DNA of 64,000 nucleotides from a virus (Duplodnaviria; Heunggongvirae; Uroviricota; Caudoviricetes): IMG/VR virus record IMGVR_UViG_3300042922_001472; one strand, 5' to 3'. Shown piece by piece: positions 1 to 9,959 of this stretch (position 1 is its first letter; each line of letters starts with the position of its first letter). The notes under the pieces were generated by a model. It saw only the letters and a program-made list of their open reading frames with translations, ran no database searches and was not told where the DNA came from. The position numbers and the translations under genes were made by a program.

Positions 1-1
1 A

Positions 2-646
2 GGATTTAAAAAATTCTTTACTTCAAATGTTGAAGAAAACGAAGCAATACAATTTATGGGTATTTTTAAGAAAGTAGTTTCGTATTTTACTGGTAAGAAA
101 ATCACATATGAACCTGATATTATAGTTCAATCAGCAGAGTATGGTGGGATTTTGGTATTTGATGAATTTAATACTTCTTATGGAAATGTTATGTCATTAT
201 TCAACTCACTGTTAGATGAACGTAGAAGAATACAAGTGCCAGGTTATAAAATGGTAGAAGCTGATGATAATTTTTTTGCAATTGCAACACAAAATAAAGA
301 TTATCAAGGTACTTTTGAAAATAATGAAGCTACAGTTGACCGTTTCATACCGATAGTATTTCCTACTTTAACAAATATTGAAGATATTCTTTATTCAAAA
401 GTTAAAGACGTTTCATATGACACTGTTAATAGATGTCAAAATCTATTTAAGAGCATTAAAAAGTGTGTTGAAGACGGGGAAATTAGTGAAAAGTCTTTAA
501 CATTAAGAGGGTTTATAGACGCTTGTATGGCTTCTACAATGCAAGATATTAGCTTAAGTGAAGCATTGTATGACAATATAGCAAACAGAGCAAGCGACAT
601 AGACGATAGAAAATCAATCCGTAATATGATTGAAGATATGTTTTAA
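2..646 (+). CDS. MoxR/CbbQ/NorQ-like AAA+ ATPase, C-terminal part (5' end lies outside the window)
   Basis: The frame is open from base 2. Walker B-like VFDEFN and sensor-like FFAIATQN motifs are typical of MoxR-family ATPases. A vWA partner gene follows immediately. Confidence 0.6.
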   Translation, partial: GFKKFFTSNVEENEAIQFMGIFKKVVSYFTGKKITYEPDIIVQSAEYGGILVFDEFNTSYGNVMSLFNSLLDERRRIQVPGYKMVEADDNFFAIATQNKDYQGTFENNEATVDRFIPIVFPTLTNIEDILYSKVKDVSYDTVNRCQNLFKSIKKCVEDGEISEKSLTLRGFIDACMASTMQDISLSEALYDNIANRASDIDDRKSIRNMIEDMF

Positions 647-713
647 GGTTAGAGTTGTAGGAGGACAAATATAGTTCTCCTACAAACAATTTATATAACA
701 AGGAGATATAATT

Positions 714-2972
714 ATGAATACAGTAAAGTCTGATACTCTTTCAAAAGTTAAAATGTTTTTAAATAAAGATAATGTATATAAGCAATTAAAAACTATGGTG
801 TCATATTTAATACCAGATAAATCAGATGTTAAATTGACACTTAATATTGGAGGAGGCTCTTACACTGATGGGAAGAGCATAACAGTAGGTGTTCCTACAG
901 TTTTTGCAGAAATGGAAAATGAAAAAATATTTACTGCATTAAGAGCACTTATAGGACATGAAAGTCAACATATAAATTCTTCTGATATGAAAATATTTGG
1001 TGACTTTATAAAAGAAATATCAGATTATTTAAATAAAAAATATAAAATTCACCCTGCATATGGAAAGAAAGTTGCTAAACATGTTTTTAACTCAGTTGAA
1101 GACGGTAGAATTGAAAAAATTCTATGTAATAAGCTTCCTGGGTATTTAAGATATATTAAGTTTCTTAATGGAACATTGTGGGAAAAGCAAGAAATTAACG
1201 GAAATTCTGAACTTGGAGATTTCTTATTTACTATAACTACATTGTCAGTAACAGGTTTGTATCCAAAAAAATATAATGAATTTTACAAAGGTACTAAGCT
1301 TGATGACAATATCAAAAAAATTGAAAATCTCATTATAGATGGAATTAATGCAATTTCTTGTAAGACCTGTGCCAATATCTGTAGAGAGATTATTAAAGAA
1401 GTTGAAGAATACTTATCTAAACTTCTTATTCATCAATCGAAAGAAGATGAACAATTTATACAAAACATCCCTGACAATATGGAATTTACAACAAGTGAAG
1501 AAAAAGAACAAAATTCTTCTGGCAGTCAAGGTATTTCAACTCACTTTAAACCTGAAAAGAAAAAAGAGAACAAAAAAGAAGAAGATAATGAAAATTCTGG
1601 TCAAGGTGAAAGTGAAAATGAAGAAATCTCGGATGAAGAAAATGAAAACAACTCAGGGGATAACGGTGACGAAGAAAATGAACAAGAAACTGCTGGAAAA
1701 GGTTCAGACGATGAATTAGAAGAAAATGATAATTCAGAAGAAGAATCTGATGACAATAGTGATAATGGTTCAAATTCTGATAATGAAGAAGAAGATGATG
1801 AAGATAATGAAAATTCTTCTTCTACTAAAGGCTCTGATGATAATTCTGACGATAAAGAAAATGAAGACGAAAATAGCGATAGTAGTGATAATTCAAATTC
1901 TGAATCTTCAGATAATGAAGATACAAAAGAAGACAGTTCTAATGATGGGGATGACGGTAATAATGAAATGTCAGACGAAGATGCTGTTAATGAGCAAATG
2001 AAGGAAATTGAAGACAAAGTAGTTAATGAGGCTAAAGAAAAACTTAAAGAGGATAAAGAAAGTTCTTCTAAAAAGAAAAAAGAGAATGAAGGCAAATTAT
2101 CACAAGAAGATATTAAAGAACTTGAAAATGAATATAAGGATGAAAGAATTCGAGATTTTAATGAAATCAAAGGATTTCCTACAAATCATCAACTCCCTTC
2201 TGATTTAAAAAGAGATGGAAATAAATTTAGAAAAGAAGTGGAGAGAATCTTTAAAAACAAAGAAATTGTTAATCAAAAAAACCTCAAGAAAGGGTTACTT
2301 GATACGGGAGAAATTTGGAGAGTTGGAATAAAGGACTATAATGTGTTCGCTAAAAATGGCACTCCTGACAAAAGTGACTTTGTAGCATATATTCTACAAG
2401 ATGGCTCTGGTAGTATGAGAGAAATAGCTAACAGAGGAAGTGTAAAAGTTACTAAGCAAGAATACAGTGCAGGAGCTTGTGCAATTATTGAAGAAGGTTT
2501 AAAAGGAATAATACCTTTTAAAATATCTACATTTTCTACTAATTCAGGTTATGTTATTCATAATGTAATAAAAGATTTTAATGAAAATACTTCTAATAAG
2601 AATTTATCATGGAACTTTTTAAAGCATAAACCTGCAAATGGTGGGAATAAAGATGGCTATTCTATTAGAGTTGCTACTAAGGAACTTGAAAATAGGTCTG
2701 AAAAGGATAAAATACTCATTATATTATCTGACGGACTTCCTTCTGATTACAACAGAGGTTATGACGAAGGCATGATAGATGTAAAAGAAGCAGTAAAAGA
2801 AGCAAGAAAAAAAGGTATCTATGTAGTTGCATTGATGTTTGGTTCTAAAGACTTTAGAGATGCTTACATTGATAATTACAAAAACATGTATGAAAAAAAT
2901 ATTGTATCTTGTGACCCTGATAAAATCACTAATCAATTGATTAGAGTTTTAAGAGGAGTTATATCAAGATAA
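714..2972 (+). CDS. vWA-domain protein (CbbO/NorD-like MoxR partner) with N-terminal HExxH motif and long poly-acidic low-complexity linker
   Basis: RBS AGGAGATATAATT precedes the ATG. The C-terminal vWA has MIDAS DGSGSM and a later SDG motif. The N-terminal region contains HESQH. Residues about 250-450 are D/E/S/N-rich low complexity. Confidence 0.7.
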   Translation: MNTVKSDTLSKVKMFLNKDNVYKQLKTMVSYLIPDKSDVKLTLNIGGGSYTDGKSITVGVPTVFAEMENEKIFTALRALIGHESQHINSSDMKIFGDFIKEISDYLNKKYKIHPAYGKKVAKHVFNSVEDGRIEKILCNKLPGYLRYIKFLNGTLWEKQEINGNSELGDFLFTITTLSVTGLYPKKYNEFYKGTKLDDNIKKIENLIIDGINAISCKTCANICREIIKEVEEYLSKLLIHQSKEDEQFIQNIPDNMEFTTSEEKEQNSSGSQGISTHFKPEKKKENKKEEDNENSGQGESENEEISDEENENNSGDNGDEENEQETAGKGSDDELEENDNSEEESDDNSDNGSNSDNEEEDDEDNENSSSTKGSDDNSDDKENEDENSDSSDNSNSESSDNEDTKEDSSNDGDDGNNEMSDEDAVNEQMKEIEDKVVNEAKEKLKEDKESSSKKKKENEGKLSQEDIKELENEYKDERIRDFNEIKGFPTNHQLPSDLKRDGNKFRKEVERIFKNKEIVNQKNLKKGLLDTGEIWRVGIKDYNVFAKNGTPDKSDFVAYILQDGSGSMREIANRGSVKVTKQEYSAGACAIIEEGLKGIIPFKISTFSTNSGYVIHNVIKDFNENTSNKNLSWNFLKHKPANGGNKDGYSIRVATKELENRSEKDKILIILSDGLPSDYNRGYDEGMIDVKEAVKEARKKGIYVVALMFGSKDFRDAYIDNYKNMYEKNIVSCDPDKITNQLIRVLRGVISR

Positions 2973-2992
2973 TTTATTTTACAAACATACAA

Positions 2993-3026
2993 AAAAGGAG
3001 ATAAATAAATCATCTCCTTTTTTTGT
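2993..3026 (+). terminator. Rho-independent terminator
   Basis: Hairpin AAAAGGAGAT-loop-ATCTCCTTTT followed by a T-run. Confidence 0.7.
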
Positions 3027-3389
3027 ATGTGAATTTATTTAATTAGATAGTCTGTAGTAGTCATCTGATGGATGTCTATGCATATTTTACCTTTTGGGGC
3101 TTTTGTTATATAATCAAGATAATTAGCCTGATTAATGGTCATTTTTAAATAATTTAACCTTGCGAAGTCATCTTTAGTAAAACACTATTTTTCAGACTCT
3201 TCTAACAATTGCAAAGCCTTGTCCTTTTTTCTAAAAGAGGAAACAAACTCCTTTAACTCAGATAGTTCATTTTCTGTTTTACTCAGAGATTAATTACTAA
3301 ATATATTCTAAATTTAGATAAAAATAGAGGACAAATCATTTGACCTCTATAAATTTCATCTTAATCAACTAATGTTAAGTTTAATGATT

Positions 3390-3707
3390 TTACTGTGGGA
3401 ATTGAAAATCATATCCATTAACCTCAAAATGAATATACATTCCGTCTGATTCAATACCATAAGTGTCACCACACATAAAATAATCATATGAAAAATCACC
3501 TAATGACTCTTTTAGCTTATTGATGCCGTTCATAATATTTTTATATTTTTCTAATGCAATTTTATTTGCATCTTCAAAATGAGTTTTAGCTTCCTCTTTT
3601 GAAATAAAACAGTTTCTGTTTGCACCATATAATAATTTTTCTTTAAGAATAAAATTATTACTATCTTCCGATTCGTTCTCAAATCTGTAATATTTTTTCT
3701 TTTCCAT
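3390..3707 (-). CDS. hypothetical protein (105 aa)
   Basis: ORF with balanced composition; no motif recognised. Confidence 0.4.
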   Translation of the reverse strand: MEKKKYYRFENESEDSNNFILKEKLLYGANRNCFISKEEAKTHFEDANKIALEKYKNIMNGINKLKESLGDFSYDYFMCGDTYGIESDGMYIHFEVNGYDFQFPQ

Positions 3708-4021
3708 ATTTCTTTTACCTTCCTATATATAATTGGTATGCCTGTTAAAATTGTTCTATGTGAACAACAATAGTTTTATTGATACTATATCATATACATT
3801 TGTGATTTTCTCTATAACTCATATACCTGTCAGTTTTACTGCATTTGAATATTTAGATATAACAAGAAATCCTACGAAGCAGAATTGTCATGATTTCGGT
3901 ATTATTCTTTGGGTAGGTAATCCAGTGCTGATAATTTAATGAAAAAGTCAATATAATTATAAAAGAAATTAAGAAAAGAGGTAATATTTTTTATTAAATA
4001 TAAAAAGGAATAAATATTAAT

Positions 4022-4063
4022 ATAGACTTTAGTCAATGAATAAGATATAATATACTAAAGTCT
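4022..4063 (+). promoter_or_regulatory. promoter region upstream of dnaE with 10-bp inverted repeat
   Basis: TATAAT at 4046-4051. Inverted repeat AGACTTTAGT (4024-4033) / ACTAAAGTCT (4054-4063) contains the TAGTCAA half-site of the recurring operator. Confidence 0.45.
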
Positions 4064-4081
4064 TAAAAGGAGGGTTTTTAT

Positions 4082-7000
4082 ATGTTAGAAATAATGTTGA
4101 AAATTATATCAACAAAACCTTTTACCCCAAATACAACTTTTGATGCTTGTTACGAAAGAGGAGTTATAGAATTTTTATATAAGGGTAAAAAAATTGCGTC
4201 AACAGAAGTAAAAGATTTAGATAATGTTTTTAAAAGAAGAAAGAAATTGAAAGCTGTAGTAAAATCAGCAAAAGATTGCGAATTAGATGTTCAAATTATT
4301 CGTTTTGCAGATTTACATGGGCATAGTGGAAACAGCTTACTTGATGGTGCTGTACATATTAAAGATAAGGTTAAGAAAACAGAATATGCAGGAGCACTTA
4401 CAGACCATGGGGTAATGTATGGCATTTTAGAGTTTTATAATAAAATGAGAAAAGCTGGCAAAAAACCAATTCTTGGGTTTGAAGCATATTCGGAATCTAT
4501 TAATGGTAAAAAAGACGCAAATCATTTAGTTTTACTTGCAAAAGACATTACAGGTTATAAAAATCTTGTAAAACTAACTTCAAAATCTTATAGCAACTTT
4601 TATTACAAACCACAAGTATCTTACGATATGCTAAAAGAACATTCAGAAGGTATTATTGCTACTTCGGCGTGTTTGGGAGGAGAAATCTCTCAACTTATAT
4701 TAAATAAAAAATATGAAGAAGCAAAAAAGGTTGCAATAGAGCTTTCTAATATATTTGGTAAAGATGATTTCTATATAGAAATTCAAAGACACCAATTAAA
4801 TGAAGAAGAAGTAGTGAATCCTCAACTTATAAAACTTTCAAAGGAGTTAGGATTAAAACTTGTTGCTACAACAGATAGCCATTACTTAAATAAAGAAGAT
4901 TCTAAAGAACACGAAATAGTTCTTTGTTTAGGTACTGGAACAACAATGGATGATGAAAAAAGAATGAAATTCTCTGGAACAGGATATCACATTCATACAC
5001 CAGAAGAAATGGAAGAATTGTTTTCTGACTTGCCAGAAGCATTAGATAACACACTTGAAATCGCAGAAAAATGTAATGTAGTGTTAGAAAATAAGATATA
5101 CATGCCTCATTTTGACGTTCCAGCTCCATTTAATGGAGAAGCAGAGTATTTTGCTCACCTTTGTTGGGAAGGATTTAAAGAAAGATTTGAAGGCACTGAA
5201 CATTTTACAAGTGTAGAGTATAAAGAAAGATTGCAGTTTGAAATTGACACTATAAAACAAATGGGATTCCCAGGTTATTTCTTAATAGTAAATGATTATG
5301 TAATGTTTGCTAAAAACAGAGGTATTTTAGTAGGTCCTGGTCGTGGTTCTGCATGTGGTTCATTAGTTGCATATTGTCTTAACATAACCGATATGAACCC
5401 TATACCATATGGATTACTATTTGAGCGTTTCTTAAATCCAGATAGAATTAGTATGCCAGATATTGACATCGATTTCGAAGATATACGAAGAGAAGAAGTA
5501 ATCGACTATATCAAACAAAAATATGGTGAGAAAGCAGTATCAAGAATTATAACATTTGGTACTTTATCTGCAAGAGCTGTTATAAGAGATGTTACAAGAG
5601 TATTAAATAAACCTTATTCATTAGGAGATAGAATAGCAAAATCTATACCTAAGACACCAAAAATAACTTTAACTAAAGCACTTGAAGAAAGTGTTGAATT
5701 TAAGACAATGTATGAAAATGAACAAGAGGTTAAACAAATAGTTCAAATTGCATTGAAACTTGAAGGTTTGCCAAGAAACATAAGTCAACATGCTTGTGGA
5801 ATAATAATTTCCCCTTCTGATGTTGATGATTATATACCACAAATTCTTGTAGAAAATGAGGATACTGGTATAAAGGAAGCTACTACTCAATATGTTATGG
5901 CAGAATGTGAAGAAGCAGGATTATTAAAAATGGATTTTCTGGGCTTACGTACAATGGGTGTATTCGGTAGAGCTTTAAAGGATATTAATGTTAAAAGATT
6001 AAAAGAAGGAAAATCAAAAATAGAACTAATGAATATTCCTATTAATGATATAAGAACTTTCGAGTATATCGCAAAAGGCAATACAGAAGGAATTTTTCAA
6101 TTAGAATCTGCAGGAATGACTTCTTTTATGAAAGAATTGTTTCAAGACGTTCAAAATAAAGGCTACGAAATATTAAGAGAAGAATTAGGCGAAAACTTTG
6201 ATAGTAAATTATTAACCAATAGAGATAAGTTTTTCGAAGATGATTTGTTAAAATTAGGAGAAAAGGGTAAGAAATTAATTAAAAAGTTCAATTCATTTGG
6301 AGGACAACTTTTTGAAAGATTGATAGCTGGCATTTCTTTGTATAGACCAGGGCCTATTGATGAAATCCCCAACTATATTAACAACATGATTAACCCTGGA
6401 TATATCCAATATGAAACTCCAGAGTTAAAACCACTTTTGGAAAATACTTATGGTATAATTGTCTATCAAGAGCAATGTATGTTTATTGTTAGAGAGCTTG
6501 CTGGATTTACTAAGGGTATGGCAGATAATGTAAGGAAAGCTATGGCAAAAAAGAAAGAAGACATGCTTGAAGACCTTGGTAAAAAATTCATTTACGGTGA
6601 AGCAGATAAAGATGGCAATGTTAAAATTGACGGTTGTTTACGTAGAGGAATAAAGAAAGAAATAGCAGAAAGTATCTGGGATAAAATGAAGAAGTTTGGA
6701 CTCTATGCCTTTAATAAATCTCATGCAGGGGGCTACGCAGACATCGGAATTCGAACTGCATGGTTAGCATATTATTATCCCGTAGAATACATGACAGCAA
6801 CTTTAAACTCATTTATAACAAAATCAGATAAGATTAAACTTTATATGGCAGTTTGTAAAAGAAAAAACATTGAAATACTTCCACCAGATGTGAATAATTC
6901 ACAGGAAATGTTCGGTGTTGACGAAAATGCTATTAGATTTGGTCTTATGGGTATTAAAAATATGGGTAAGATTGCTAAAGATATTATAAGCGAAAGAAAC

Positions 7001-7927
7001 GAAAGAGGAAACTTCGATGATTTTCAAGATTTCGCAGTTAGAATGGCAGTTAATTATAAAGTAAATAAGAAAATTCTTGAAGCTCTCGTTTATTCTGGTG
7101 CAGTTGATAATTTTGAAGGAACAAGACGAGCTAAATTATCTGTTCTTGATAAAATATTAAGTTCTGCTTCTGCTGAAAGAAAAGATGCCATGTCAGGACA
7201 AATGAATTTATTTTCTATGTATGAAGATTTAGCTGATTATAAAAAGGTTGAAATACCTGAAATGGATGAATTTGCAAAGAATTTTAAGCTTGAAAAAGAA
7301 AAAGAATTTGCTGGTTTCTATGTAACGGAACATCCTCTTGACGACTATTTAAAATATCTTGAAAAAGAAGGAGTATATGAAATCGGGTTCTTGAAAAATG
7401 ATGAAGAAGAATCAGAAGAAGAACAAATTTCCACTATTAGCTATGATGGTGAAAATGTTAAAATTGCTGGTATCATTAGAGATTTAAAATTATATTACAC
7501 AAAGAAAGACCAAAAACCAATGTATGTTTTTAATGTTGAAGATAAAACAGGGGAAATGAAAGCTGTAATATTTAATAAAATGATAGAAGCAAATCAAGAT
7601 AAATTAGTTGAAGGGAAAATTGTTATTGTACAAGGTAAAATAAAAGAAGACGACTTTGGTACTCAAATTATTGTAGAAAACATATTTGATATAGAATCTA
7701 TAGCTAAAAGTGAAAGACCTAAGTCAGTATGGGTAAAAGCAGTAAGTAAAGAACAATTTGACGAATTAAATTCATTAATAATTAATAACGAAGGTAAATT
7801 GCCAGTATTTATTCGTTATAATGATAAAAGCTTCAAATCAACAAAATTAGTAAATTTAAATTATTCAACATTTTCAAAATTACAACAATTATTTGGGAAA
7901 AATGTAAAAGTTGTATATGAACAGTAA
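4082..7927 (+). CDS. dnaE: DNA polymerase III alpha subunit (DnaE-type) with ~75-aa N-terminal extension
   Basis: PHP motif FADLHGHSGNSLLDG, polymerase core GFPGYFLIV and GPGRGSA..SLVAY, MPDIDIDF, and a C-terminal OB region. RBS AAAGGAGGG is present. Confidence 0.9.
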   Translation: MLEIMLKIISTKPFTPNTTFDACYERGVIEFLYKGKKIASTEVKDLDNVFKRRKKLKAVVKSAKDCELDVQIIRFADLHGHSGNSLLDGAVHIKDKVKKTEYAGALTDHGVMYGILEFYNKMRKAGKKPILGFEAYSESINGKKDANHLVLLAKDITGYKNLVKLTSKSYSNFYYKPQVSYDMLKEHSEGIIATSACLGGEISQLILNKKYEEAKKVAIELSNIFGKDDFYIEIQRHQLNEEEVVNPQLIKLSKELGLKLVATTDSHYLNKEDSKEHEIVLCLGTGTTMDDEKRMKFSGTGYHIHTPEEMEELFSDLPEALDNTLEIAEKCNVVLENKIYMPHFDVPAPFNGEAEYFAHLCWEGFKERFEGTEHFTSVEYKERLQFEIDTIKQMGFPGYFLIVNDYVMFAKNRGILVGPGRGSACGSLVAYCLNITDMNPIPYGLLFERFLNPDRISMPDIDIDFEDIRREEVIDYIKQKYGEKAVSRIITFGTLSARAVIRDVTRVLNKPYSLGDRIAKSIPKTPKITLTKALEESVEFKTMYENEQEVKQIVQIALKLEGLPRNISQHACGIIISPSDVDDYIPQILVENEDTGIKEATTQYVMAECEEAGLLKMDFLGLRTMGVFGRALKDINVKRLKEGKSKIELMNIPINDIRTFEYIAKGNTEGIFQLESAGMTSFMKELFQDVQNKGYEILREELGENFDSKLLTNRDKFFEDDLLKLGEKGKKLIKKFNSFGGQLFERLIAGISLYRPGPIDEIPNYINNMINPGYIQYETPELKPLLENTYGIIVYQEQCMFIVRELAGFTKGMADNVRKAMAKKKEDMLEDLGKKFIYGEADKDGNVKIDGCLRRGIKKEIAESIWDKMKKFGLYAFNKSHAGGYADIGIRTAWLAYYYPVEYMTATLNSFITKSDKIKLYMAVCKRKNIEILPPDVNNSQEMFGVDENAIRFGLMGIKNMGKIAKDIISERNERGNFDDFQDFAVRMAVNYKVNKKILEALVYSGAVDNFEGTRRAKLSVLDKILSSASAERKDAMSGQMNLFSMYEDLADYKKVEIPEMDEFAKNFKLEKEKEFAGFYVTEHPLDDYLKYLEKEGVYEIGFLKNDEEESEEEQISTISYDGENVKIAGIIRDLKLYYTKKDQKPMYVFNVEDKTGEMKAVIFNKMIEANQDKLVEGKIVIVQGKIKEDDFGTQIIVENIFDIESIAKSERPKSVWVKAVSKEQFDELNSLIINNEGKLPVFIRYNDKSFKSTKLVNLNYSTFSKLQQLFGKNVKVVYEQ

Positions 7928-7935
7928 TAAATACA

Positions 7936-7967
7936 AAAAAGCACATGTTAGTACATGTGCTTTTTTG
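7936..7967. terminator. bidirectional intrinsic terminator
   Basis: Perfect hairpin AAAAGCACATGT-TAGT-ACATGTGCTTTT with an A-run upstream and T-run downstream, lying between convergent genes. Confidence 0.75.
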
Positions 7968-7971
7968 CTTA

Positions 7972-8535
7972 TCAATTATATTTTTGTTCTAATTCAAGAA
8001 TTAAGATTAATTCCTTGGCTGTTATTTTTGATTTTCTCGATTCTTCAAGTTTTTCAAAAGTTTCTTTAATCTTCTTGATTGAAAAATCTGTATCATGCCA
8101 AACTGAATCAGAAAGTAAGATATTAAGGTAAGGTGTATTTGTTATATCGTATTTCTCTTTGAATTGATAACCTCTATGGCGAAAATCTTCCAGACTTTCT
8201 CCAAGAACACAGATAGGAACAATTTCATTATCGTTATAGTCATAAAAAACTCCTTCAATATCATAACAATAATCTAATCCATCCCTCCAAACAATGTGTC
8301 CGTATCCTTTATGCCAGCATATTTCACCATCAAAAGCATCCATTAATATTTTTGCAAAATAATAGCAATAACCTGCATGGAATAATAACCTAATGTCATC
8401 GCTTTCTGAATTTGGAGAGAAAAATAAAATATCCCCAATAAAACGTATAACATCTTCCCGACATCCTGGAAATTGTTTTAATTGACATTCTATCCATTCC
8501 AGTTTCTTTTTTGTCATATTTTTAGCGTGAATCAT
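7972..8535 (-). CDS. hypothetical protein (187 aa)
   Basis: ORF; the reverse complement shows a GGGGGCG RBS-like stretch before the ATG; no motif recognised. Confidence 0.5.
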   Translation of the reverse strand: MIHAKNMTKKKLEWIECQLKQFPGCREDVIRFIGDILFFSPNSESDDIRLLFHAGYCYYFAKILMDAFDGEICWHKGYGHIVWRDGLDYCYDIEGVFYDYNDNEIVPICVLGESLEDFRHRGYQFKEKYDITNTPYLNILLSDSVWHDTDFSIKKIKETFEKLEESRKSKITAKELILILELEQKYN

Positions 8536-8665
8536 ATGTTACGCCCCCATATTATATTTTTATATAAAATCCTTACTTTTGTTGATTATAAATAATATAT
8601 GCAATTATATATCAAGTATAATGAAGTAACTTGTATATTGTTTATAGTATAAAAATGATGTGGCA

Positions 8666-8694
8666 TTGACTACACAATGCAGTTATAGTATAAT
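8666..8694 (+). promoter_or_regulatory. sigma-A promoter TTGACT-17-TATAAT
   Basis: Canonical hexamers with a 17-nt spacer, 22 nt upstream of the ORF at 8716. Confidence 0.6.
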
Positions 8695-8715
8695 GTGCTT
8701 AGGAGGGGGGATTAA

Positions 8716-8988
8716 ATGAACTTATTTGATGTATTCAATAGAAAAAAAGTATTAGATACTTTAGAAATAAAAACTACTTTAGCAAAATTACAATTTTTAG
8801 CAAGTACAATGGAGAATAATACAGACAAGGAAAATGATATTGTTCATTGGAAAGAGCAAATTGATTTATTAAATAATGCAGAATTAAACAATGATTATTT
8901 GTCTTACTTAAAACAGTCGTATAATACTCTCTATAAATTGTATATAAGAAAACATCACCCAGATATATTAAATAATATTAGCTACTAA
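8716..8988 (+). CDS. hypothetical protein (90 aa)
   Basis: RBS AGGAGGGGGG precedes the ATG. Confidence 0.5.
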   Translation: MNLFDVFNRKKVLDTLEIKTTLAKLQFLASTMENNTDKENDIVHWKEQIDLLNNAELNNDYLSYLKQSYNTLYKLYIRKHHPDILNNISY

Positions 8989-9007
8989 TAACATAAGAGA
9001 TAATAAA

Positions 9008-9042
9008 AAGCAGAGGTTTTTTCTTTCCTCTGTTTTTTATTT
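9008..9042 (+). terminator. intrinsic terminator
   Basis: Hairpin CAGAGG-loop-CCTCTG followed by TTTTTT. Confidence 0.6.
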
Positions 9043-9078
9043 TGTAAATTATAATAAACAAAATAATTAACTTTAATA

Positions 9079-9107
9079 TTGACAATAGTCAACGTATTTA
9101 GTATAAT
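9079..9107 (+). promoter_or_regulatory. promoter with embedded perfect palindrome TTGACAATAGTCAA (-35) -17- TATAAT
   Basis: TTGACA 9079-9084, 17-nt spacer, TATAAT 9102-9107. The 14-bp palindrome covers the -35 box and the start of the spacer. Confidence 0.7.
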
Positions 9108-9146
9108 GAATATATACAAAAAAGCTTTATTAAAGGGGATAATAAA

Positions 9147-9353
9147 ATGTATGTAGACGACCAATTAGATGAAATAGTAGAGACCGATGAATTTATTGAA
9201 AAAGAAAAAGAAAAAGACATTCATAGGAAGAGACGCATAATTGAACAACAATTGAAAGAAGAAAAATCTAATAATAAAAATAAAAAATCGGACAAAAGTA
9301 AAAATCGTAAAAGAAGTATGAGATATGGATACTTTGATGATTTCGATAATTAA
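9147..9353 (+). CDS. hypothetical highly charged small protein (68 aa)
   Basis: RBS AAAGGGGA; Lys/Glu-rich. Confidence 0.4.
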   Translation: MYVDDQLDEIVETDEFIEKEKEKDIHRKRRIIEQQLKEEKSNNKNKKSDKSKNRKRSMRYGYFDDFDN

Positions 9354-9440
9354 TTTACTGCGTCTTAATATATGAGGGGAAATGGAAGAGAAATCTTCCA
9401 TTTCATTTTACTTGCAACAACTAAGGAGATATCAAATACT

Positions 9441-9935
9441 ATGAAGAAAATAGTGGTAGGGGAATGTAGAACTGGGAAAACAAGAATAAATGTGCTTTCT
9501 TTAATAAATAAACATAAGGGAGATATTATCTTTCTTAGTATAAAAAATGAATTAGAATATTTAAATTTACAATCTGAATTTAATAATCGAAAAATATCTG
9601 ATATTAATATTGTAAGAGATTGTACTCATGGAAAGAATTTTATATTATGCAATACTGAAGTCAATTCTTTTTTTACAATTGAGAGATTATTGTTAGATAC
9701 AAATATACTTAATAACAAGGACATGTTGTTGGTTATTGATGAAGGAATAAGTGTTTTTGCAGGATATTCAAGTTGTAAAATGTTAGAGAAATTAGAACAG
9801 TTATATGAAAAAAGTTGTGATGTTTTAATCACTATCCTGACATTAGATAGGTTAAAAAAAGAAACAAATCCGATAAATTTTGAAAAAGTTCTTTCAAAAT
9901 GGGATATTGAAAAAATAGAAAAAAGAAATCTATGA
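9441..9935 (+). CDS. small P-loop NTPase (about 164 aa)
   Basis: Start moved to the ATG at 9441, which follows RBS AAGGAGAT. Walker A GECRTGKT and Walker B-like LLVIDEG. Confidence 0.5.
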   Translation: MKKIVVGECRTGKTRINVLSLINKHKGDIIFLSIKNELEYLNLQSEFNNRKISDINIVRDCTHGKNFILCNTEVNSFFTIERLLLDTNILNNKDMLLVIDEGISVFAGYSSCKMLEKLEQLYEKSCDVLITILTLDRLKKETNPINFEKVLSKWDIEKIEKRNL

Positions 9936-9959
9936 TAGGATGTTTAATTTATGAATATT

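Noticed and set aside
1339-2208. ORFs at 1339-1719 (+), 1546-1773 (-), 1601-2170 (-), 1726-2001 (+) and 2026-2208 (+) inside the vWA gene
   Set aside because: All lie within the poly-acidic low-complexity tract of the 714-2972 gene. Their translations are K-, S- or L-rich repeats typical of alternative-frame readings of GAA/GAT/AAT repeats. They are not independent genes.
3733-3939. 68-aa plus-strand ORF between the small minus-strand gene and dnaE
   Set aside because: No RBS, a hydrophobic low-complexity translation, and it overlaps the likely dnaE promoter region.
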